Made by a program: the position numbers and the translations under genes. A stretch of DNA of 36,913 nucleotides, taken from NCBI GenBank assembly GCA_041917875.1, contig JAYRWZ010000254.1, positions 1 to 36,913 of the forward strand. Reading direction: 5' to 3'. The stretch comes from Chloroflexota bacterium (lineage in GTDB: Bacteria > Bacteroidota > Ignavibacteria > Kapaibacteriales > UBA961). This document shows, one piece after another, positions 1 to 8,912 of this stretch. Positions within the stretch are counted from its first letter, which is position 1. The number at the start of each line of letters is the position of its first letter. Below the pieces are notes generated by a model. The model was not told the DNA's origin. It was given only the letters and a program-made list of their open reading frames with translations, and ran no database searches.

Positions 1-252
1 AAACTTTTATCTATCATTCAAGCAACTATTTTTGAACCGGACTTTCTTGTAGCCGATGAACCAACCATAGGTTTAGATACAGCATCTTCAGATGTTTTTG
101 GGGACATGATAAATTCTTATATGACTGAAAAAAAAGGGGTTATTGTGTTTACACATAATAGAAACAGTTTTATCAAATACACTGATTCGCTTTTTGAACT
201 TGTTGATGGTAATGTGATTAAAGTGCAAAATTCTAAGAAAAAAGTGGAGTAA
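1..252 (+). CDS. ABC transporter ATP-binding protein, C-terminal fragment (5' end lies outside the window)
   Basis: Frame 1 is open from base 1 to TAA at 250-252. The translation KLLSIIQATIFEPDFLVADEPTIGLD...VFTHN contains a Walker B (LVADEPTxGLD) and an H-loop-like segment. It is absent from the ORF track because it has no start codon. Confidence 0.8.
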   Translation, partial: KLLSIIQATIFEPDFLVADEPTIGLDTASSDVFGDMINSYMTEKKGVIVFTHNRNSFIKYTDSLFELVDGNVIKVQNSKKKVE

Positions 253-254
253 GT

Positions 255-1001
255 ATGGAACATTTGACACGTGTAGGTTTGATAGGTTATGGGAGAATGG
301 GGAAAGAGTTAGAGCGACTTTCAGACTCGTTTTCACTATCAATCGTTGAAAAATTTGATATTGGTAATTTGTTAATAAATAATGATTTGTCGAAAATTGA
401 CGTCTTGGTTGATTTTTCTGCACCCTCCGCTGCTTTATCACACATTGAGTACGCTGTTGCTCAAAATACCCCTATAGTTTTAGGGGTGACCGGATGGTAT
501 GATTCACTTTCAGTCGTACAAGACATTGTGACCAAAGGAAGAGGATGTGTTCTTTATGGTTCTAATTTTTCAATAGGTATGAACATTATCTTCACTACGA
601 CTCGTTTGTTAAGCCGGCTTGCATATCAAAGCCAGATGTATGATACATCTTTGCATGAGATTCATCATCGTCACAAATTAGACAGTCCTTCGGGAACAGC
701 TATCTCTTTGTCAAATATAGTCTTAGAAGAGTTTAGCTCAAAAACATCTTTGTGCACAGACTCCGTAAATGATCGCCAAATCCAACCTCATGAATTTCAT
801 GTTTCATCTCAGAGAATTGGCAATATCATAGGGGAGCACATTTTATCTTTTGACAGCGATTGTGACACTATAATTTTATCACATTCTGCAAAAAACCGGG
901 AAGGTTTTGCAAGAGGAGCCCTTATGGCAGCTCGGTGGATCGTTGGTAAACAGGGGTTATTTGAGTTTAGTGATGTTTTTGAAGAGGTGCTTCGTGCTTA
1001 A
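255..1001 (+). CDS. dapB: 4-hydroxy-tetrahydrodipicolinate reductase
   Basis: 248 aa. N-terminal Rossmann motif VGLIGYGRMG. Diagnostic DapB motif EIHHRHKLDSPSGTA. GGAG lies 7 nt upstream of the ATG. Confidence 0.9.
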   Translation: MEHLTRVGLIGYGRMGKELERLSDSFSLSIVEKFDIGNLLINNDLSKIDVLVDFSAPSAALSHIEYAVAQNTPIVLGVTGWYDSLSVVQDIVTKGRGCVLYGSNFSIGMNIIFTTTRLLSRLAYQSQMYDTSLHEIHHRHKLDSPSGTAISLSNIVLEEFSSKTSLCTDSVNDRQIQPHEFHVSSQRIGNIIGEHILSFDSDCDTIILSHSAKNREGFARGALMAARWIVGKQGLFEFSDVFEEVLRA

Positions 1002-1392
1002 ATATTTGTTCTTTAGTTTGTTCTTGTCTGTTTGCGCAATTTTTGTGACAGCGCAAGAGTTGTCGAATCCACAGTTATCGTTAAAGCCCAAAAAATCAGT
1101 GATTTACTATCATGATTCCGTTAGATTTATACGTGAAAGTGTTAAAATTTTAAATATAGGTGGTTCACCCTTGACTATCAAAGAGGTAAAAAGTTCATGC
1201 GGTTGCGCCACTGCCGGAGTTGGTCGTGCTGTGATTCATCCTACATCATTGGGATACATATATTTGAATATTGATGCATCCCGATTAACCGATAGCGTGA
1301 TGCGCGTGGACTATTACATTTATACCAATGCACAAGATTCAGTTGTGACATATCCTGTATATCTTCACAAAAGATCTTCACAAACACATTAG
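973..1392 (+). CDS. DUF1573-family secreted protein
   Basis: An internal ATG at 973 gives a signal-peptide-like N-terminus (MFLKRCFVLKYLFFSLFLSVCAIFVTAQ). The SCGCAT motif after a beta-rich segment is typical of DUF1573. The ORF-track start at 907 would overlap dapB by about 95 nt. Confidence 0.6.
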   Translation: MFLKRCFVLKYLFFSLFLSVCAIFVTAQELSNPQLSLKPKKSVIYYHDSVRFIRESVKILNIGGSPLTIKEVKSSCGCATAGVGRAVIHPTSLGYIYLNIDASRLTDSVMRVDYYIYTNAQDSVVTYPVYLHKRSSQTH

Positions 1393-2678
1393 AAGGTGTA
1401 ATCAAGCCCAAGAGAGAATAAATTGAAGCGGCTGATGCTATAATCAAGAGCAATTGTCACAGGACCTATTGGTTTAGCCAATCCGATGATAAACTTGTTA
1501 TTGGTATCATCAATTGACCCCCTAGCTGTTTGTGGTTCATTATCACCGATATAACCATTTGCCGGATCAGCTACTATTTCACCATTCTTTTCAACCATTA
1601 ACATAAGGTCTTTTTGTAATGTTACCGGTAATTTATACGTATATGTTGAGGCTATATTGAATTGTTCAAATGAATAACCACCAAAAACCTCGAGGTCACC
1701 AAACCAAGGCGTGATATCTTTGAATTTTTTACTGAATTGAAGATTTGCATTATAGATATCTGCATCTGCCTTTAATTCTGCTCGTGTGACACCCACAACT
1801 TGTGAAATATTTGTACTTTGATACACTATCTGTAATGCAATATCTAAAGGTGATTCTTCAAGATACTGTGACAGCGAGTGTTTGATACCTACACCAAAAA
1901 AGGAAAAGTTACCAATATTTTTATCAATCTGTACCGGTGGGATGAAGCGTAACAACAACTCTGTTCCATACCATGAGCCAATTTCAAATTGTGGAACACC
2001 CGCAAATACTTGTGAAATGTCGCCGCCGGTCGGAAGAGGGAAAGCTGACGGTAAACCTTTTATGGAATTGAGAACGACTTCTTTTTGTTCATTGGAAAGA
2101 CTATTGTATGCAAAAGTTAACAAAGGGTCACCGCCTGTTAGTTGTTTTTCGAAGTATTGAGAGTTTAATGTTAGATTACCTTCACCTTTGCCAAAGGTTG
2201 TTGGCGATGAAGTGGGGAATGTAATACCACTAGTCTTGTCTTCTAAACCACTTGCAAAGAGATAGCGAATGATACCATAAATTAGCGCTGAGGTGTCTCT
2301 TGTTGTTCCTAAATTACCAAAAGCTTGAAGTGTGGAGTTTAACTCATCTGTTTTTGTTCCCACTGGGCTTACAGGCGTAAACGTTTTCTGATCATCACGC
2401 ACTGCGCCTGTCATACCATGAATTCCGAATCGAAAATATGGTTTATCAACTTTTTTGGGCACATGAGCAGATCTAAAAAAACGAGAATTTGTCGTTGCAT
2501 TACTTGTTGTTACAAGTGGTGTGAGAAACCCTGTACTGTTGTTCCCAAGTAAATCTTTTGACAATGATCTGGCTACTGAAACCGTAATAGGGTTGTGTTT
2601 AGGTGTTGCATCCTGCGCCAAAACAGAAAGCACCAACCCAAAGTAAAGAGTCGTAAATACAACTAATAAGTTTTTCAT
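1389..2678 (-). CDS. putative outer-membrane beta-barrel protein (unknown family)
   Basis: 429 aa with a signal peptide (MKNLLVVFTTLYFGLVLSVLAQD), alternating beta-strand-like composition and a C-terminal aromatic residue (...GLDYTF). Its ATG overlaps the stop of the upstream kinase gene (ATGA). Confidence 0.55.
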   Translation of the reverse strand: MKNLLVVFTTLYFGLVLSVLAQDATPKHNPITVSVARSLSKDLLGNNSTGFLTPLVTTSNATTNSRFFRSAHVPKKVDKPYFRFGIHGMTGAVRDDQKTFTPVSPVGTKTDELNSTLQAFGNLGTTRDTSALIYGIIRYLFASGLEDKTSGITFPTSSPTTFGKGEGNLTLNSQYFEKQLTGGDPLLTFAYNSLSNEQKEVVLNSIKGLPSAFPLPTGGDISQVFAGVPQFEIGSWYGTELLLRFIPPVQIDKNIGNFSFFGVGIKHSLSQYLEESPLDIALQIVYQSTNISQVVGVTRAELKADADIYNANLQFSKKFKDITPWFGDLEVFGGYSFEQFNIASTYTYKLPVTLQKDLMLMVEKNGEIVADPANGYIGDNEPQTARGSIDDTNNKFIIGLAKPIGPVTIALDYSISRFNLFSLGLDYTF

Positions 2679-3619
2679 GAGATTTCCTTTATTTCAACCA
2701 TACCCGCAGCTAATAACAATGCACCGTCCAAAGCGTTGCCTATTGGTTTTTTTATTTTTACACCACTTTTACTATCAAGATTTTTTTTGAGCAGTCTCAA
2801 TAGAATTGTTTCATTTTCCAACATTCCCCCCATTAAACAAACATCAGACGTTTTAGTTCCTAATTTTTTATGGAGAGTTTTTATACTTTCGGTCAGGTGT
2901 TGAGATGCTCTTTCAAGAATAGAATAAGCTACTTCATCACCGTTTTCTGCTGATTCCATAGCCATTTTTGTGAAGTCATGATACTCAAATTTTTTCTCAT
3001 TGAGAGCAGCCACCAAAGTACGCGGATTGTTTTTATTGAAAGTCATGTAACGTTGAGCGACTTTATCTGTCATTTCAGTTGCTTTATCCCTTCCGTCTAA
3101 AGCTCTTACTATTGCGGTTAAGCATTCGCGTCCTATCCATGCACCGCTTCCCTCATCGTCAATTTCAATACCCCATCCACTGCATCTGAACATTTCACCG
3201 GCACTGTTTTTTGCCAATGTTATTGTTCCTGTTCCTGCAATCTGAATAATTCCGGGTTTTCCGCCTAAAGCACCTACGAGTGCAATTTCTGCATCACTAG
3301 TTAACAAGACTTCATTTATTGGTGTTTTTTCATTTCTTGCCAATGTTCGGAGTAAGTTTGCATACCTTTTTCTCTCTTCTTCTAACCAAATTCCTGCTAA
3401 ACCTACAACTATTCCTTCAACCTCGTTCAATTCCATCCCTGCTGTTTTGCAAAGATCTTTGATAAGATTCAATACTCTTTCGCATGATTCACCTGTACCA
3501 ATCGAGCCTACACGTGTAGTGCCCATTTGAGCTTGCGCTATAATAGTGTCGCCTGATTTTAAGACTCCTCGAGTCTTCGAACCACCACCATCAATTCCAA
3601 TTAAATTTATATGTTCCAT
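2675..3619 (-). CDS. BadF/BadG/BcrA/BcrD-type ATPase (N-acetylglucosamine kinase-like)
   Basis: 314 aa. The N-terminal phosphate-1 motif IGIDGGGSKTRG and later GTGT/GWG motifs are typical of ASKHA-fold BadF-type sugar kinases. Confidence 0.75.
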   Translation of the reverse strand: MEHINLIGIDGGGSKTRGVLKSGDTIIAQAQMGTTRVGSIGTGESCERVLNLIKDLCKTAGMELNEVEGIVVGLAGIWLEEERKRYANLLRTLARNEKTPINEVLLTSDAEIALVGALGGKPGIIQIAGTGTITLAKNSAGEMFRCSGWGIEIDDEGSGAWIGRECLTAIVRALDGRDKATEMTDKVAQRYMTFNKNNPRTLVAALNEKKFEYHDFTKMAMESAENGDEVAYSILERASQHLTESIKTLHKKLGTKTSDVCLMGGMLENETILLRLLKKNLDSKSGVKIKKPIGNALDGALLLAAGMVEIKEIS

Positions 3620-3620
3620 A

Positions 3621-3639
3621 AAAACGTTTCACGTGAAAC
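3621..3639. promoter_or_regulatory. 19-nt element AAAACGTTTCACGTGAAAC with a perfect 14-nt palindrome (GTTTCACGTGAAAC, 3626-3639)
   Basis: Read directly from the sequence. It sits in the 22-nt gap between the mnmG stop (3642) and the kinase ATG (3619), ending 7 nt upstream of that ATG. Its exact reverse complement occurs at 5506-5524. Confidence 0.6.
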
Positions 3640-3641
3640 AA

Positions 3642-5498
3642 TTATCGAAGATAGACAGCCAGAATAGAAATATCTGAAGCAGAAACTCCGGGAATTCTGG
3701 ATGCTTGCCCTAATGTAATGGGTCGAATTTTTGTTAATTTCTCTCTACCTTCTTTCGACAAAGAATTGATACGTAGAAAATCAAAATCAGGAGAAATTGT
3801 GATTTTTTCATTGTGTTTGAATCTTTCAACTTCTCTGTTTTGTGCTGCTATATAACCTTCGTACTTGATTTCTATCTCGCCGAGCTGAGCCGCGTCATTT
3901 TTGTACTGCTGAACTAAGTCAAGAGAAGAATCTTGAAACAATATCGATTGAAGTACATTTAGTGAAAGCGTTGGGCGCTTCAAAAGAGCTTTGACAGAAA
4001 TACTTTCGTTAACAGCAGATTCGTTCCATGTTTTTAAATATGGGTTAATCATGTCCGGTTTTAGTTTTGTATTCTCTGCATACTTTAAAAAGTCTTTTTT
4101 GTCGGATAACCAAGAATCAAGAAGTGCAAATTCTTCGGATGAAAACAAATTCAATGAATATGCTTTATCCGATAGTCGCTCATATACATTGTCTTGGCGA
4201 AGAAGAAGTCTGTATTCTGCTAAAGATGTAAATATCCTATAAGGTTCTTCGGTGTTTTTGTTAACCAAATCATCAATCATAACACCGATGTAAGCTTCTG
4301 AACGACTGAGAACAAATTCATTCAAGTTTTTGGCTTTACAAGCAGCATTTATACCTGCTATCAATCCTTGCGCAGCAGCTTCTTCATATCCTGATGTACC
4401 GTTAATTTGCCCTGCTAAAAATAGACCATCAATACTTTTTGTTTCTAAAGTATATTTCAACTGATACGGATAAAAGAAATCGTATTCGACCGCATAACCG
4501 TACCGCAAAATCCTTGCCTGTTCTAATCCGGGTATGGTAAAAAGTGCATTTTGTTGAACTTCTGCGGGTAAACTCGTTGAAAAACCGTTTACATAGACCG
4601 AATTTGTAAATAAACTTTCTCTTTCAAGTACAATAAGATGAGAGTCCCTCTCGGCAAAGCGGGCGATTTTATCTTCTACAGAAGGACAATAACGAGGTCC
4701 GGAGCCATGTATCAAACCTGTAAACATCGGGGATTGCTCAAAACCGGTACGTAAAATATCATGCGTCTTTGAATTCGTGGATGTTTCATGACAAACGAGT
4801 TTATTTTTGACTTCTTTTGTTTTAAAGGAAAAAGGAGTCGGAATGGTGTCGCCCGAGGAAATAGTTGTTTTTTGGAAGTTGATTGAGTTAATATCAATTC
4901 GAGGTGGGGTGCCTGTTTTGAGACGACCGCGCTCAAGCCCCATCTCGGATAATTTGTCTGAGATAGAAAGTGCTTGTTTTTCCCCGACTCTGCCTCCGGG
5001 GGTGGCGTTCATTCCTGTAAACATTTGCCCTTTGAGAAAAGTGCCTGAGCATAATACTACTATTGGGGTTGTTATTGTGGTACCATCGTCGGTGCGAACC
5101 CCTTTAACACATTGTCCTTCTACAATTATCTCGGTAATGTTTGCCGGGATAATTGTAATATTGTGATTGGAAAGAAGGTGTTTTTGAGCAGTGGCGGGGT
5201 ACAAGACATTGTCGTTTTGTGCTCGTGGTGACCAGACGGCAGGGCCTTTGCTTTTGTTGAGCATTTTGAATTGCAATCCCGTGTGGTCTGCAATTATGGG
5301 CATAATTCCCCCTAATGCATCTATTTCTTTCACTAAATGACCTTTTGCTGTTCCGCCAACAGATGGGTTGCATGATAGCCTTCCTATAGTCCGTGAATCC
5401 ATAGAGATCAGTGCAACTTTGCAATCTAGTTTTGCAGCTATTCTGCTTGCTTCGATTCCGGCATGTCCGCCGCCTATAACAATAATATCAAAATTCAT
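3642..5498 (-). CDS. mnmG: tRNA uridine 5-carboxymethylaminomethyl modification enzyme MnmG (GidA)
   Basis: The start is taken at [17 protein letters not shown] (FAD-binding GxGxxG). Similarity to GidA is visible over the full length ([38 protein letters not shown]). The 18-codon extension in the ORF track is not GidA-like. Confidence 0.95.
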   Translation of the reverse strand: MNFDIIVIGGGHAGIEASRIAAKLDCKVALISMDSRTIGRLSCNPSVGGTAKGHLVKEIDALGGIMPIIADHTGLQFKMLNKSKGPAVWSPRAQNDNVLYPATAQKHLLSNHNITIIPANITEIIVEGQCVKGVRTDDGTTITTPIVVLCSGTFLKGQMFTGMNATPGGRVGEKQALSISDKLSEMGLERGRLKTGTPPRIDINSINFQKTTISSGDTIPTPFSFKTKEVKNKLVCHETSTNSKTHDILRTGFEQSPMFTGLIHGSGPRYCPSVEDKIARFAERDSHLIVLERESLFTNSVYVNGFSTSLPAEVQQNALFTIPGLEQARILRYGYAVEYDFFYPYQLKYTLETKSIDGLFLAGQINGTSGYEEAAAQGLIAGINAACKAKNLNEFVLSRSEAYIGVMIDDLVNKNTEEPYRIFTSLAEYRLLLRQDNVYERLSDKAYSLNLFSSEEFALLDSWLSDKKDFLKYAENTKLKPDMINPYLKTWNESAVNESISVKALLKRPTLSLNVLQSILFQDSSLDLVQQYKNDAAQLGEIEIKYEGYIAAQNREVERFKHNEKITISPDFDFLRINSLSKEGREKLTKIRPITLGQASRIPGVSASDISILAVYLR

Positions 5499-5505
5499 AT
5501 AAAGT

Positions 5506-5524
5506 GTTTCACGTGAAACGTTTT
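5506..5524. promoter_or_regulatory. Second copy of the CACGTG-centred palindrome (GTTTCACGTGAAACGTTTT)
   Basis: Exact reverse complement of 3621-3639. The palindrome core 5506-5519 ends 8 nt upstream of the mnmG ATG (5498). Confidence 0.6.
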
Positions 5525-5539
5525 GAGGAGAAGTAAAAC

Positions 5540-5570
5540 AAAAAAACCCCAAATTCTATTGAAAATGGGG
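5540..5570 (-). terminator. weak rho-independent terminator candidate after the DUF2795 gene
   Basis: On the minus strand, CCCCA...(14 nt)...TGGGG is followed by a T7 run. The GC stem is short (5 bp). Confidence 0.35.
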
Positions 5571-5593
5571 CGCAAAGAGTAAAGAGATTTTGG

Positions 5594-5833
5594 TTAATAA
5601 TAATCGTCGTTTTCTTCGTCTTCGTTGAAATATAAGTCGTCAACAGCACTTTCGTACTCGGGCCAAAGGTCTTCCATTCCCTCATAGAGCTCGTCATTGT
5701 CCTCAAGTTCGAGTAGGTTGTCAATAACTTGTTGTGCTGCACAGGTGCGGCTACAGTAATCAATCAGTTCTTCTTTGGTTGCTGGCCATGGTGCGTCTTC
5801 AAGATATGAAGCTAATTCCGGTGTCCAAAACAT
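5594..5833 (-). CDS. DUF2795-family small acidic protein
   Basis: 79 aa. The pattern YLEDAPWPATKEELIDYCSRTCAAQQVIDNLLEL matches the DUF2795 signature (yL.g..fPa.K.eLi..a...ga...v...l..L). The C-terminal tail is highly acidic. Confidence 0.6.
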   Translation of the reverse strand: MFWTPELASYLEDAPWPATKEELIDYCSRTCAAQQVIDNLLELEDNDELYEGMEDLWPEYESAVDDLYFNEDEENDDYY

Positions 5834-6000
5834 AGTGTCCTCAAATAAAATGATGTCAATTCAGTGTATAAAACGGTCTAAACTGTGTAAAAAAAACCGC
5901 TTGACGGCTAATGGCTTATAATGTTTTTTGCAAAAATACTAATGGTTGAAGTAATATACATAAATTTGAAAAATGAAACAACAAAATAGAAAGAAATGCG

Positions 6001-7293
6001 ATGAGAATTGGGCAAAGAGGCATCTATAAGTTGGTGCAAAGTATTATTCAGAATGAGTCAGAAAATGATTTGTCTTTACTAAAAGCTGTTGTGATTACTG
6101 TGGTTGATTATGATACATTACATATAAAAGGAGGAAGAATTTGGAAACTGAATGAAAATAACGATGCGTATAAGTTAGTGTTCCAAACCGAATCAGAAGT
6201 AGAAATGTTGCCCGAAGAATATGAAGTAACTGTTGAACATCAACCTGTTTTTTTGATGGTCGCTGATAAAAAATCACTTGTAAAGAAAGAGATGGATAAA
6301 GAGTTTGTGTCGCGCGGAATATTAATGTATTCCGCAACAGGGGTTGGTGAAACATTACACAGACCATCTGGGAAGTTATGTGAGTATGTGCTTGCTTTTC
6401 ACGCAGATGTACTTGATGATGACTTTAGGAGTTTACTTGCCGTTCTTGGTTCTGCAACGACAAATAAGTTGAGAAACAATCGCAGTTTTCATGAACGTTG
6501 GAAGCTAAAACAAGACCTTGACAAAGCATCAGAACTGCAAAAAAGCTTGTTGCCAGATCATACCTTAGAGTTTCATCATTATTCAATATTCGGTATATCG
6601 GTTCCTGATTTGGAAGTTGGAGGCGATTATTTCGATTATATAAAATCAGAGTCGGATCCTGATAGAGTGGGAATAGTAATAAGCGATGCCGCAAGTAAAG
6701 GGATGTCAGCAGCAATACAAGCACTTTTTGTCTCGGGTGCTCTTAGAATGGGTGCTAAATATCATTCAAAACTCTCAAATTTAATATCGAATCTCAATGA
6801 GTTGTTGTGTGCAACTTTTCCATACGAACGCTTTGTATCTTTGTTCTACTGTGAATTAACGGCTATGGAAAACGGTGTTGTACTCTACGTGAATGCAGGT
6901 CATTGTGCACCGATACTGTATAATTCAAGGTCAAAAACATTAGCAACGGTAGAGCCGACTGGTGGAATTTTGGGAGTCTTACCTGAACAACATTTTCGGG
7001 TTGAAAGTTTTATCATGAATAATAATGACATTTGCATACTGTTCACTGATGGAATTATAGAAGCACAGAACAAAAAAGGTGAACAATATGGATATGAAAG
7101 ATTAGGGAGAGATATATTACGTTTGCGTCACAAAACCACGAAGGAAATAGCCGGATCAATATTAGAGTCGGTAGTGAAGTTTTCCGCAGGGGGGTCATAT
7201 AAAGATGATTCCACAATAGTTGTCATAAAAAGACAAGATCGTGAAGAGAATAAAAAAACGAATCCTGTAGTGCCATTGAGAAAAAAAAAGTAA
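6001..7293 (+). CDS. SpoIIE/PP2C-family serine phosphatase (RsbU-like) with an uncharacterised N-terminal sensor domain
   Basis: 430 aa. PPM motifs GGDYFDY, ISDAASKGMSAA, FTDGIIEA and DDSTIVVIK occupy the C-terminal ~240 aa. I did not recognise the N-terminal ~180 aa. Confidence 0.8.
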   Translation: MRIGQRGIYKLVQSIIQNESENDLSLLKAVVITVVDYDTLHIKGGRIWKLNENNDAYKLVFQTESEVEMLPEEYEVTVEHQPVFLMVADKKSLVKKEMDKEFVSRGILMYSATGVGETLHRPSGKLCEYVLAFHADVLDDDFRSLLAVLGSATTNKLRNNRSFHERWKLKQDLDKASELQKSLLPDHTLEFHHYSIFGISVPDLEVGGDYFDYIKSESDPDRVGIVISDAASKGMSAAIQALFVSGALRMGAKYHSKLSNLISNLNELLCATFPYERFVSLFYCELTAMENGVVLYVNAGHCAPILYNSRSKTLATVEPTGGILGVLPEQHFRVESFIMNNNDICILFTDGIIEAQNKKGEQYGYERLGRDILRLRHKTTKEIAGSILESVVKFSAGGSYKDDSTIVVIKRQDREENKKTNPVVPLRKKK

Positions 7294-7380
7294 TATCTTT
7301 AAGTCATTGTTAATGTATGATTTAAGTTGGTTTTTGTGATCAAATATCTACAAAACAGGAACAATAGTCATTAATAAAAC

Positions 7381-7408
7381 TAAAGTATCGGCGGCAAAAA
7401 ACCGATAA
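7381..7408 (+). promoter_or_regulatory. sigma-28 (FliA)-type promoter candidate for flagellin
   Basis: TAAA (7381-7384), a 16-nt spacer, then aCCGATAA (7401-7408), compared with the consensus TAAA-N15-GCCGATAA. It lies about 67 nt upstream of the fliC ATG. Confidence 0.55.
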
Positions 7409-7429
7409 CTGTCTGCGGAACAACATTTT

Positions 7430-7442
7430 CGGCAGGAAGCCG
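7430..7442 (+). promoter_or_regulatory. 5'-UTR hairpin presenting GGA in its loop (CsrA-type site candidate)
   Basis: CGGC-AGGAA-GCCG forms a 4-bp stem with GGA (7435-7437) in the loop. A second GGA lies inside the Shine-Dalgarno GGAGG (7463-7467). Confidence 0.3.
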
Positions 7443-7474
7443 CTTACTATGTCAATCTACATGGAGGTTTGATT

Positions 7475-8407
7475 ATGCCATCGGCAATAAGCGGCGGAAC
7501 AAGGATCCGCACCAATACGCCATCTGAATCAGCATTTAATGCGCTTCAAGCGGCAAATTCTAATATCGCATTACGACAATTGCGATTATCAACAGGGAAA
7601 AGAATTAACTCAGCACAAGACGATGTTGCTGGCTATATCACATCAAGAGGATTGGCTGCAAGAAATGGTGCTTTGAGATCAGCATTGAATGCAGTAGGTG
7701 ATGCTTCAAATGTAACAAGTATAGCGCAAGACGGTTTGGATAACATCAACGCACTGTTAACACAAATAAAAGATGCAGCAGCAACAGCAGCATCAGGTGC
7801 TTTAGGTACTGATGAGAAAATAGCGTTGGCAAAAGCTGCGTTTCGATTGACAAATCAAATTCAGACAATTGTTGACTCGACAGTGTTTGGCGGTCGTCAA
7901 TTACTTGATGGTGGTTTCTCAGGAGATTTCGTTATAGGCTTCAATGCAACAAACTCACTCTTAACGATTAGTGTTGATCTAACTACAGCTGTCAGCTCCT
8001 CAAATTTCAATATTGGCGGTAATTTCTTACTTTCTACAACGGGACAAAATTTTGCGGGCGTTACCGGTCTGAGTTTAGCTTCTCTCGACTCAATAAGCTC
8101 CAGTAGTCTGGGTATTTTCAGTAATTCTAGTATCTCGTCAACATTGACAAGTTTGTCGGAAGCCTTGAATAATGTAAACAAAGTAGCGTCTTACTTAGGC
8201 GGTGTTTCGGTTCGACTGACTTCGCAATCTGATGCATTGAAATCACAAATCACTAACTACAATGCTGCAATTTCTCGTATAGAAGATGCTGATGTAGCTT
8301 TGGAGCAACTAGAGTTAATAAAGTCACAGTTCTTACAACAAACTTCTTTGACCTCTTTGGCTCAATCAAACCAGAATCCGCAAAACTTCTTACAGTTGTT
8401 ACGGTAA
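7475..8407 (+). CDS. fliC: flagellin
   Basis: Conserved flagellin N-domain (LSTGKRINSAQDDVAGYITSRGL...) and C-domain (ISRIEDADVALEQLELIKSQFLQQTSLTSLAQSNQNPQNFLQLLR). The ATG at 7475 is 7 nt after GGAGG. The track start at 7469 is a TTG. Confidence 0.92.
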   Translation: MPSAISGGTRIRTNTPSESAFNALQAANSNIALRQLRLSTGKRINSAQDDVAGYITSRGLAARNGALRSALNAVGDASNVTSIAQDGLDNINALLTQIKDAAATAASGALGTDEKIALAKAAFRLTNQIQTIVDSTVFGGRQLLDGGFSGDFVIGFNATNSLLTISVDLTTAVSSSNFNIGGNFLLSTTGQNFAGVTGLSLASLDSISSSSLGIFSNSSISSTLTSLSEALNNVNKVASYLGGVSVRLTSQSDALKSQITNYNAAISRIEDADVALEQLELIKSQFLQQTSLTSLAQSNQNPQNFLQLLR

Positions 8408-8434
8408 TAGTTACGAAATGGGATAAATATATAA

Positions 8435-8468
8435 GGGAAGTGGGTAACATAAACTCACTTCCCTTTTT
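8435..8468 (+). terminator. rho-independent terminator after fliC
   Basis: GGGAAGTG(GGT)...(ACT)CACTTCCC stem followed by TTTTT. Confidence 0.7.
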
Positions 8469-8544
8469 GAGCAGCAGAGGTAATGAAACAACACTTTTGG
8501 TGTAAATTTTGATAATGGAATACGTATAAATCAAAGGATTGATC

Positions 8545-8895
8545 ATGACAACAGAAGCGACACAAAGACTTGCAGCAAGAAAACTCTATGGTGGAGATGG
8601 TAACACTCCTTCATATATGGATCAAGAGGTTTTGTCATGGTCACCTGAAAAAATTACGCTGAAAACGTATGATCTGTTCTTGATGAGTGGTAAGAAAAAT
8701 GATGTGAATAAGATGAATCGTGTACTGATAGAGTTGATGGGGTCTTTAAATTTTGACTATGAAGAACCGGCTACACGGCTCTATAGACTTTATGAATTTT
8801 GTCAGCGTTGTATAGTACAGAGGAATTATGATGTTCCGATAAAAATAATTCAAGAATTAAGGGATACGTGGGCAAAAGCACATTCTCTTGAATAA
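8545..8895 (+). CDS. fliS: flagellar export chaperone FliS
   Basis: About 116 aa. The FliS-like pattern LIELMGSLNFDYEEPATRLYRLYEFCQRCIVQRNYDVPIKIIQELRDTWAKA matches Ii.eL..sLd.e.g.ia..L..LY.y....L......d......l..lr.aW. It lies between fliC and fliD. Confidence 0.8.
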   Translation: MTTEATQRLAARKLYGGDGNTPSYMDQEVLSWSPEKITLKTYDLFLMSGKKNDVNKMNRVLIELMGSLNFDYEEPATRLYRLYEFCQRCIVQRNYDVPIKIIQELRDTWAKAHSLE

Positions 8896-8912
8896 ATCAA
8901 AATTGAGCAATT

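Noticed and set aside
88-441. 117-aa minus-strand ORF at the left edge
   Set aside because: It overlaps both the ABC ATPase fragment and the dapB start, and the translation is not protein-like.
3621-5524. The 19-nt inverted repeats flanking mnmG as ends of a mobile or invertible DNA segment
   Set aside because: There is no transposase, integrase or invertase nearby. The enclosed gene is a conserved housekeeping gene. Each site is itself a palindrome placed just upstream of a start codon, which fits an operator or RNA element better.
5899-5925. TTGACG ... TATAAT as a sigma-70 promoter for the phosphatase gene
   Set aside because: The spacer between the two hexamers is only 10 nt, far from the functional 16-18 nt.
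8470-8538. TAAA-N16-CGTATAA upstream of fliS as a second sigma-28 promoter
   Set aside because: The -10 element matches the consensus poorly (CGTATAA versus CCGATAA). It may be real, but I cannot distinguish it from chance in AT-rich DNA.
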